Positions 46,473-53,444 of a DNA stretch of 53,444 nucleotides are shown here, one piece after another; within the stretch, counting starts at the first letter, position 1, and each line of letters starts with the position of its first letter. The notes under the pieces were generated by a model that worked only from the letters and a program-made list of their open reading frames with translations, was not told the DNA's origin and ran no database searches. Made by a program: the position numbers and the translations under genes. Source of the DNA: Gammaproteobacteria bacterium (GTDB lineage Bacteria; Pseudomonadota; Gammaproteobacteria; SZUA-140); NCBI GenBank assembly GCA_016124415.1, contig WGNS01000052.1:1-53444 (forward strand), given 5' to 3'.

Positions 46473-48025
46473 TGATCCGCCCCGGACAAATCCTCCGCCT
46501 GCTTCGTATCAATCAGGTACTGGTTCGCAACGGCCTCGACGAAATCGTCTTTGCGACCCATCTGTTCCGCCCGTTCCGGATCCTTATGTACCTGCTGCCC
46601 TGGAACTGGTGGCGCCGCGAGCGCCTGCCGCGCGCCGTCAGATTGCGTCAGACACTCGAGGAGCTGGGTCCGATCTTCATCAAGTTCGGCCAAATTCTGT
46701 CCACGCGCCGCGACCTGCTGCCCGACGATATCGCCGACGAACTGGCCAAGCTTCAGGACCGCGTCCCCCCCTTTCCGGGCACGGTGGCGCGCAGGATCGC
46801 CGAACAGGCCTACGGTTGTCCGTTAAGCGAGATCTTCACCGAATTCGACGAAACACCGCTGGCCTCCGCGTCGATCGCCCAGGTCCACACGGCAACGCTG
46901 AAGGACGGCCGCAAGGTCGTCGTCAAAATCGTCCGCCCGAAGATCCGCAAGGTCATCCAGCGCGACGTCGGACTGCTCTACATCATCGCCGACCTCGCGG
47001 AACGCTATTGGCATGAAGGCCGCCGCCTGCGGCCGCGCGCCGTCGTAGCGGAATTCGAAAAGACGTTGCTCGACGAGTTGGACCTCATGCGCGAGGCCGC
47101 CAACGCCTCGCAACTTCGGCGCAATTTCACCGACTCGCCGATGCTCTATATCCCGGAGGTCTACTGGCCTGAAACGCGAAGCCCGGTCATGGTCATGGAG
47201 CGCATCCACGGCATTCCAATCAGTGACATCGCGGCCCTGAGAGCGGCCGGGATCGACCTCAAACGGCTCTCGGAAATGGGTGTCGAGATCTTCTTCACGC
47301 AGGTTTTCACGCACAACTTCTTCCACGCCGATATGCACCCGGGCAATATCTTCGTCTCGCCCGAGGGCCAGTACATCGCCGTGGACTTCGGCATCATGGG
47401 CACGCTGAATCCGGAAGACCAACGCTATCTGGCGGAGAACTTTCTGGCCTTCTTCAACCGCGACTACCAGCGCGTCGCCGAATTGCACGTCCAGTCGGGC
47501 TGGGTGCCCAAGAACACCCGTGTCGACGAATTCGAATCGGCGATCCGTTGCGTCTGCGAGCCGATCTTCGAACGTCCGCTCAAGGAGATCTCCTTCGGCC
47601 GCCTGCTCTTGCACCTGTTCCAGACAGCGCGCCGTTTCAATATGGAGATCCAACCTCAACTCGTGCTGCTGCAAAAGACCTTGCTCAACATCGAGGGCCT
47701 CGGCCGTCAGCTCTATCCGGACCTCGACCTATGGCAAACCGCCAAACCCTTCCTGGAGCGCTGGATGCACCGCCACGTCGGCTACCGAGCCTTCCTGCGC
47801 ACGCTGAAGCAAACCGCGCCCCAGGTTGCCGGTCAGCTGCCGCTGCTTCCGTCCTTGATTTACGAAACGCTGCATCAGGCCCAGAACGGGAACCTGAAAC
47901 TGCAATGGCAGTCGGAAGAATTGACGGAAATCCGCCGCCAGATTCGAAGGGGTCAGCAACAGACGATCGCGGCGATCCTGGCGGGGGCCTTATTGGTCTC
48001 GATCAGCATCTTTCTGACCCACTGA
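46469..48025 (+). CDS. ubiB: Ubiquinone biosynthesis kinase-like protein, with short C-terminus
   Basis: [39 protein letters not shown]. Confidence 0.95.
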   Translation: MMIRPGQILRLLRINQVLVRNGLDEIVFATHLFRPFRILMYLLPWNWWRRERLPRAVRLRQTLEELGPIFIKFGQILSTRRDLLPDDIADELAKLQDRVPPFPGTVARRIAEQAYGCPLSEIFTEFDETPLASASIAQVHTATLKDGRKVVVKIVRPKIRKVIQRDVGLLYIIADLAERYWHEGRRLRPRAVVAEFEKTLLDELDLMREAANASQLRRNFTDSPMLYIPEVYWPETRSPVMVMERIHGIPISDIAALRAAGIDLKRLSEMGVEIFFTQVFTHNFFHADMHPGNIFVSPEGQYIAVDFGIMGTLNPEDQRYLAENFLAFFNRDYQRVAELHVQSGWVPKNTRVDEFESAIRCVCEPIFERPLKEISFGRLLLHLFQTARRFNMEIQPQLVLLQKTLLNIEGLGRQLYPDLDLWQTAKPFLERWMHRHVGYRAFLRTLKQTAPQVAGQLPLLPSLIYETLHQAQNGNLKLQWQSEELTEIRRQIRRGQQQTIAAILAGALLVSISIFLTH

Positions 48026-48068
48026 CTACGTTCAAAAACACCGCCATGGGTGCCGTGAAACGACACCC

Positions 48069-48965
48069 TTAGCCGGTCTTCTCAAAGACAACGTATGCGG
48101 TAAGCCTCCGAACACGCGCTGCGATCCTTCGTTCCCCGAAGACAAACTTCAGCAGCGAAACCCATCGCGGCAAAGGGAATTTACGGCCGTGTCCGGCCGC
48201 CTCATCGTAGAGATAACGGATTTCCTTTTGCGTCCAGCCGCGATCCTCAAAAAAAGCGAACCAGTCGGACGGAAAGAATCGAAAAGATGAGTCGCCTAGA
48301 GAATCCTTGAACTTCCTTGCTTGAAAACGCGGATAGATTTCAGGCGAATAATATTCCGAAATCCATAATTCAAAATTCGGCTGATCGTAGATATCGCGAG
48401 CCAGACTGCCGACCGCTGTTTCGTCCAGATAAGGGATAACCCCCTCCGTCAATATGATCGCCGGCCCCACTTTCGCGTTCAGTTCATCGAAAAGCTTCTT
48501 CCTTTTCGCATGATCGGATAAATCCAATCCGATCCTTTCCAGCTTGCAATGCGGCGCTTTGCCCGCCAGCTTTTCGTTCTTGAAATCGACGATGCCGGGG
48601 AAGTCAATCTCGATCCAGTGCATGTCTCTTGTAAGCGGAAGGCGATACGGCCTCGTATCGAGGCCGGCCCCGATATTGATGACGGCGCCGTACCCCCGGC
48701 TCGCATAATCAAGAACGTAACGATCGATCAAAGGCGTGCGGATGATGACCGACCAGTAGGCGTATTTCTCATAGCGCCTCATGGAATTCGAAATCCGCTC
48801 TCCACGTTCCTCGGTCAAAAGTGCTGCGAAAGGGTCTCGAAACAAAGCATCCGTTCTTCGGCTTTCCATTGCCCGATAAAATGCAACCCAAAAGGCGGTA
48901 TCCGAAACGCTTCCGATGACGTTCCCGGAACTCACGCTCTCACGCCCTTCGGGATTCGCGCCCAT
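48069..48965 (-). CDS. Class I SAM-dependent methyltransferase (LCM/TcmP-like family)
   Basis: SDTAFWVA.YRA.E, FRDPFA, IGAGLDTRPYRL, IEIDFP, ILTEGV. Confidence 0.85.
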   Translation of the reverse strand: MGANPEGRESVSSGNVIGSVSDTAFWVAFYRAMESRRTDALFRDPFAALLTEERGERISNSMRRYEKYAYWSVIIRTPLIDRYVLDYASRGYGAVINIGAGLDTRPYRLPLTRDMHWIEIDFPGIVDFKNEKLAGKAPHCKLERIGLDLSDHAKRKKLFDELNAKVGPAIILTEGVIPYLDETAVGSLARDIYDQPNFELWISEYYSPEIYPRFQARKFKDSLGDSSFRFFPSDWFAFFEDRGWTQKEIRYLYDEAAGHGRKFPLPRWVSLLKFVFGERRIAARVRRLTAYVVFEKTG

Positions 48966-48974
48966 AATCAGGTT

Positions 48975-49436
48975 TCACCGGGCGTTGGCCCGCGCATCAA
49001 CGATAACCACGGCTTGCCGACCAACGCTGACGACACGCCCACCATGCTCGGCGCTATAAGCATCCGCCTCCGCCGACGAAGAGAACCAAAGGTTTGGATA
49101 TCCCATGTCTTTACGCACGATGTCGAAATGGACCACCTCGTCGGTGGAGAGACCCGAGATCGCCGTCCTGTATTCCGCCCAACAATCGTAGCCGGCCTCT
49201 AGGGCCAGCATGCACAAGATATGTTTGCGCTGAACGATCGCCCTCCGGCGGTGAAGATCGGGCAACGAGAGACCTCTAAACGTATTGCTGGAAATCAATC
49301 GACGCAGAACCGGAAGGGCTTGCGCAAGCGAATCGGACCTCGCAGCCTTATGCAGTTTTTTCGCCTCTCGCAACAAGAAAACAACGGCCGAAGCAGGACC
49401 GCTTCGAGAAAAATCGCCTGATTTTTGGGTATGCAT
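48975..49436 (-). CDS. Hypothetical protein
   Basis: Start reset to ATG 49436 (AGGAG RBS); LLREAKKLH, QRKHIL..LALEAG, PNLWFS. Confidence 0.75.
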   Translation of the reverse strand: MHTQKSGDFSRSGPASAVVFLLREAKKLHKAARSDSLAQALPVLRRLISSNTFRGLSLPDLHRRRAIVQRKHILCMLALEAGYDCWAEYRTAISGLSTDEVVHFDIVRKDMGYPNLWFSSSAEADAYSAEHGGRVVSVGRQAVVIVDARANAR

Positions 49437-49556
49437 ATCGTCTCCTAACATTGGCCTGCTCGCTATCGGCCAGAGATGATATACAAGCGTGGGGCTTGCT
49501 TTGATGAGTTGGTGCTTGCGCTTTCGCGAGGCGGGCGCCCAATGAGCCACCGCCAA

Positions 49557-49586
49557 ACCATACAGCAGCCATTCCTTCCCCGTCAA
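49557..49586 (-). promoter_or_regulatory. Sigma70 promoter for the accessory two-gene unit
   Basis: TTGACG-N18-TATGGT. Confidence 0.45.
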
Positions 49587-49591
49587 GCAGG

Positions 49592-49714
49592 GCGCTTTAC
49601 GAGAAATCATTCGATGAACTGACCGAGACGCAGAGGAAAGCGATCTACAAAAAGGCGGAATACGACGTGAGCGATCATATGCCGATCTGGATGCGGCTGC
49701 CGCTCCCGGCGTAA
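49592..49714 (+). pseudogene. 3-prime remnant of an endonuclease/exonuclease/phosphatase (EEP) family gene
   Basis: Not in ORF track. ALYEKSFDELTETQRKAIYKKAEYDVSDHMPIWMRLPLPA-stop; SDHxP is the EEP C-terminal catalytic motif. Confidence 0.6.
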
Positions 49715-49732
49715 TGAGGTTTCGCCTGAACG

Positions 49733-49793
49733 AAAAGGGGTCTCCGCCGCCGTAGGCGGAGGGAGGGAGAAGTTACCCACGGCGGCGAGACCC
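49733..49793 (-). terminator. Long hairpin terminator after the OmpA gene
   Basis: gggtctc-gccgccgt / acggcggc-g-gagaccc then CTTTT on the minus strand. Confidence 0.65.
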
Positions 49794-49812
49794 AAACCCG
49801 GAGAAGGATCGA

Positions 49813-50670
49813 TCAGTTGTTTCGCGCCACCATCGAGTCCATATAGGTGAATTCGACCCGACGGTTCTGCTTCCAGTGACTCTGGTCCGCCATCGGCACG
49901 TCGTCACCCATACCGTCGATACGCAGCTGCTCACCGGAAACGCCGTCCGCCAACAGGATCTCGGCCACGTTGATCGCCCGCTGCTCACTCAGGCGCTGGT
50001 TGTAGGCCTTGAGTCCGCGGCTATCGGAATGCCCCCTGATCATCAACACCATATCGGGATGTTGCCGCAGATATTCGGCGTGTTGTGACAACATATCGTT
50101 ATCGCTCGCGGCAGGCATGTTGCTGTTGGTATCGAAGTAGAACACCAACTGGGAAGGCACCGACAGAATGCCTCGCTCTTCCGGAACGGATGCCACCTTG
50201 CCCTCGTGCGGATCGTCTTCCGCCGGATTCGCTGCGGTATCGGTGTCCGAAGGCGTGTCTTCACTTGCCGCGACAATGACTGCCGGCGGAGGCGCCGCGT
50301 CGTCCGGTTGTGCTTCCGCCTCAGCGATCACCGCCTCGGTCGCCGCCACGGATTCTTCAACGGCAGTAGTGATCTCATCGGATTGACGTCCCTCCGCGGC
50401 CTGCTCCAGCCCGGCGACATAACCGTCCATGGTCGCAATCGCGGTCTGCACGGCATCGTCCTGTTGTACCGTATCCAACTGAGCGGTATCCGTTTTCACC
50501 GTATCTGCGTCCACGGGATCAGTTTGCGCCGCGTCGATACCGATCACGTCGGTTTGCAGACCGCCATTCAGCGCGACACTCTGTTTGTTCCCCGCGCAAC
50601 CCGCTGCCACGAACAACGGCAATGCGACGACCCATAAATTACGGGATTGAATACGTAATCTTGTTTTCAT
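49813..50670 (-). CDS. OmpA/Pal-family lipoprotein with long acidic linker (PdsO-like position)
   Basis: Lipobox AAGC; YFDTNS, IRGHSDSRG, YNQRLSEQRA, NRRVE. Confidence 0.88.
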   Translation of the reverse strand: MKTRLRIQSRNLWVVALPLFVAAGCAGNKQSVALNGGLQTDVIGIDAAQTDPVDADTVKTDTAQLDTVQQDDAVQTAIATMDGYVAGLEQAAEGRQSDEITTAVEESVAATEAVIAEAEAQPDDAAPPPAVIVAASEDTPSDTDTAANPAEDDPHEGKVASVPEERGILSVPSQLVFYFDTNSNMPAASDNDMLSQHAEYLRQHPDMVLMIRGHSDSRGLKAYNQRLSEQRAINVAEILLADGVSGEQLRIDGMGDDVPMADQSHWKQNRRVEFTYMDSMVARNN

Positions 50671-50737
50671 GCGTTACTCCTTTCGTGATCGCCCGCAGCC
50701 GGGCAATGGTTCATGTTGTCAACGAACCCATTGAACA

Positions 50738-50772
50738 AAAGAAGTGTGGCGTTAAAGCGAAAGGAGAATGGC
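50738..50772. promoter_or_regulatory. Direct repeat pair, candidate OmpR-family binding site
   Basis: aaagaagtgtggc and aaaggagaatggc (10/13 identical), 22 nt apart. Confidence 0.4.
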
Positions 50773-50796
50773 AAATATAAATCAAATAGTGATGAA

Positions 50797-52926
50797 TTAT
50801 GACGACGGAAATATCACGCGAAAAACGACCCCGGAACGATCGGGAAGATCATCCACTTCGATCTCGGCGCGATGAAAATCGGCGATCAATCGCACGATAT
50901 AGAGACCGAGTCCGAGATGCGGCTGCTCGCTTTTGCCCTCCCTCAGGGACACCATGGAGTCGAACAGATTGTCGCGCATTTCCTTCGGCAACTCCGGACC
51001 TTCATTGGCGACGGTGAGAACGAGTTTTCCATTTCGTTCCGTCAACGCGATGGCGATGGCGGTATCCGGCTTCGCGAAGTCAAGCGCGTTACCGACCAGC
51101 TTGTCGAGCAGTTGCGCAAGCAACTCCGCGGACCCATCCATTCCGGAATTTTCGATGGCGCCCCCGCCATCCAATTCAAATATGCGCTCGGGATGCGCAA
51201 GACGATATCCCTCAACGCAGGCCGTCACAACCGTATACGGATTAAAGAAGCGCCGCTCTTCCTGCTGAATGGTCTGTTCCATATGCGTCGCCTCGCTCAT
51301 ACGCGCGAGGATTCCGCTCAATCGTTCGATACCGTCGTTCGCGCGATCGAGATAGGTGCGCGTGGAAACGTCGAAGCGGTCTTTTTCCAGATTATCGAGA
51401 GAAGAACGCACGATCGTGATCGGCGTACGCAGCTCATGAGCAAGCTTGGACGCCATGGTCTCGAGATAGCGATTATATTGCGCCAGGCGCTCATGCATGC
51501 CGCGAAAGCTGCGTCCAAGGTCGCCCAACTCGTCCTCGGCAATCGTATACCTGATCGTGCCCTGTATGCGGCCGTCATGACTGATACTCGCATCCACGTC
51601 GTCGCGCAAACGACGCACCCGAAGCGACAAGCGCGTGGCAAACAACAGCAGGACACCGATGGTCAGAGAAAAGGCCAGCACACTCATATTGACCAGCGCT
51701 TCGATGGCGCGATTCTGCAAGATCAGGATCGAGTTGCTGCTCTCCTCAAGCGCCACGGCGCCGGCAAGCTTGCCGTCGACGTAGACGGGATGTGCCGCCG
51801 TGATGATGCTGGTCTTTCTATCCCCCGTACGACGCCACGTAACCTTTGCCTCACCCGCCAATGCGCCCGCCACAGCAGGATCGTCGAAGCGCGACTCGGA
51901 AGATAATCCGTCCTCGACACCGTTACCGGGCTGATCCAGTATCAGACGATAGAAGGTGCGTACGATGCCCGCGGCGTGCGCCTTACCGTCGGGCTCGGGC
52001 GCGTAGGTATCCGATCCCTCGTCTTCCGCCGTCAGATCACCTGCCATCCCGATCACGCGATAGTCGGGATCAATCACCCAAATGCGGCTTAACGGCTTGT
52101 CCAGCCGTTGCAACAGCATCTCCATTTGCGTAGAGGGAATGACTACGCTGCCCAGACCGTCGATCCGTTCGGTATCTCCGTTGCCGACCAACAGTTCGAC
52201 GTTGCGGGTCATCGCGTCATCGACGTCGGCGACGGCGAATGCCAGGCGGCCGCCGATCATGTCGACGGGAATCCGGATCTCGATGTTGTAACCGCCGGCC
52301 ACCTCCTCCCAGTCGCCTTTGATACGAAGCTCCGGACGCAACGGCAGCGTTTGGCGGGCGTCGTCGGGCATCAGATGGGCATTGACCCAACCGGGCGCTA
52401 TCGTTGCGATCCGGTAGCGTCTGTACGCGCCGTTTCGATCCTGAATACCGATGCGGAGATGATCGCTTTTATCGAGATGCAAACTGTCGGGCTGACGATA
52501 GACGATATGATCGTCCTTGATCTCGAAAATCAGATAGAGGTAATCGTTCAAGACGCCGAAGCGGTAGGCGGCCGTCAGATCGCTTCCATATTCGGGACTG
52601 CCGAGCGCCCGCCGCCGGTCGCTGTAATCGCGCCAATCGTCCGCGTATCCATCCAGCTGAATCGGAGAGTGCAAGGGCCGCACATAGATGTGCGAATCAA
52701 TGCTCGTGGCAGGGCCCGGCTGAACGCGAAAGAGTTCCGGCTGACCGTGCATCAGCGATGCGATCAGAGAGACACGTTCCAGGAGCTTTTGCTCCTGCGC
52801 CTGACGCAGGTAGGATTCCAATGCCTGGATGTATCGGTAACCCAACCAGGGCACCACCAACAGGCTCAGAGACGCCAGCAGCAGTTTGGCCCGTATGGTA
52901 AACCTGAAGCCCCGCCTCCCGCTCAC
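50797..52926 (-). CDS. pdsS: Sensor histidine kinase, proteobacterial dedicated sortase system PdsS-like
   Basis: IRAKLLLASLSLLVVPWLGYRYI N-terminus, large periplasmic region, HAMP, LAHELRTP, N/G boxes, HLGLGLYIVRLIADFH. Confidence 0.8.
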   Translation of the reverse strand: MSGRRGFRFTIRAKLLLASLSLLVVPWLGYRYIQALESYLRQAQEQKLLERVSLIASLMHGQPELFRVQPGPATSIDSHIYVRPLHSPIQLDGYADDWRDYSDRRRALGSPEYGSDLTAAYRFGVLNDYLYLIFEIKDDHIVYRQPDSLHLDKSDHLRIGIQDRNGAYRRYRIATIAPGWVNAHLMPDDARQTLPLRPELRIKGDWEEVAGGYNIEIRIPVDMIGGRLAFAVADVDDAMTRNVELLVGNGDTERIDGLGSVVIPSTQMEMLLQRLDKPLSRIWVIDPDYRVIGMAGDLTAEDEGSDTYAPEPDGKAHAAGIVRTFYRLILDQPGNGVEDGLSSESRFDDPAVAGALAGEAKVTWRRTGDRKTSIITAAHPVYVDGKLAGAVALEESSNSILILQNRAIEALVNMSVLAFSLTIGVLLLFATRLSLRVRRLRDDVDASISHDGRIQGTIRYTIAEDELGDLGRSFRGMHERLAQYNRYLETMASKLAHELRTPITIVRSSLDNLEKDRFDVSTRTYLDRANDGIERLSGILARMSEATHMEQTIQQEERRFFNPYTVVTACVEGYRLAHPERIFELDGGGAIENSGMDGSAELLAQLLDKLVGNALDFAKPDTAIAIALTERNGKLVLTVANEGPELPKEMRDNLFDSMVSLREGKSEQPHLGLGLYIVRLIADFHRAEIEVDDLPDRSGVVFRVIFPSS

Positions 52927-53309
52927 GTTTGCTGCCAGCGGTAACCCATGCCGTAGACGCTGTCGATGGCGGCGAAGTCTTGATCGATCTCGGTGAATTT
53001 TTTGCGAATGCGTTTGATGTGCGAGGTTATGGTCGCATCGTCGACGACGACGTGGGCGCCCTTCATCAACTGTTCCCGGCTCTTAACGTGGCCGGGATGC
53101 AAAGCAAGCGTATGGACGATCCAGAACTCGGTCAGGCTCACGTCAAGCGGTTGGTCACGCCAGGCGACACTGTACCGATTCATATCGAGGACGAGTCCGC
53201 CGCGCTCGATTTTGGATTCCGTCAGAAGCGGCTGTTGCAGGGCATCGATGCGCCGAAAGAAGGCGGCCACGCGCGCGCAAAGATTGACCAGGCTGATGTC
53301 TTTGGTCAG
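52923..53309 (-). pseudogene. pdsR: 3-prime part of OmpR-family response regulator (PdsR-like), interrupted upstream
   Basis: LTKDISL, LTEFWIVHTLALHPGHVKSREQLM, TITSHIKRIRKKF, VYGMGYRW; most of the receiver domain is absent and an in-frame TAG lies at 53367-53369. Confidence 0.7.
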
Positions 53310-53444
53310 CAGTAGTGCCGCTACCTCAGTATTGTTTTTGCACATCCTGTCGCAAAAACGCTTCGCCTACGCGGCAGCTATTCCTTTTGCCGGGACCGTC
53401 CTGCGTACACAACCTTGCTCTACTTCCCTACGGTACGCAGAACA
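53310..53444. mobile_element. Palindromic MITE-like insertion, truncated by the window edge
   Basis: Nested inverted repeats tgccgc/gcggca, gtttttgc/gcaaaaac, gtcctgcgtac/gtacgcagaac, replacing the expected receiver-domain codons. Confidence 0.55.

Overview
Chromosomal window from a GC-rich gammaproteobacterium. Lineage is inferred from gene content; a microaerophilic chemolithotroph is plausible but not shown. Left to right: (1) 1.5-7.7 kb, a leftward ECF-type Ni/Co uptake operon (porin, DUF4198, NikL-like, CbiM/Q/O) under a NikR-like operator, whose ATPase carries a very long His/Asp tail; (2) rpmE, nuclease, bioA, rsmE; (3) 11.1-28.7 kb, a ~17 kb respiratory cassette around a complete cbb3-family CcoN and CcoO with no canonical CcoP/CcoQ. 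It holds two heme-less CcoP-N-like paralogues, two stand-alone 4-helix homologues of oxidase subunit I, four further c-type cytochromes, a CcoG-like ferredoxin, CcoS, a membrane-fused spermidine-synthase-like protein, an FGE-domain protein and several unannotated small membrane ORFs; (4) divergent tRNA-Asn/tRNA-Arg; (5) housekeeping genes pncC, psd, a GAF-PAS-GGDEF-EAL protein, lysC, alaS, recX, recA, dxs, queD, folE2, prmA, ubiEJB, with a strongly base-paired 220-nt element between queD and folE2; (6) a small accessory patch bounded by a short ubiB end and a nuclease-gene remnant; (7) an OmpA protein and a PdsS/PdsR-like two-component pair whose regulator is cut by a palindromic MITE-like insertion at the window edge. 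No CRISPR array, integrase, transposase or rRNA seen. All family assignments are from motif recognition by eye, not database searches. Many starts were moved from the ORF-track start to the one with a ribosome-binding site.
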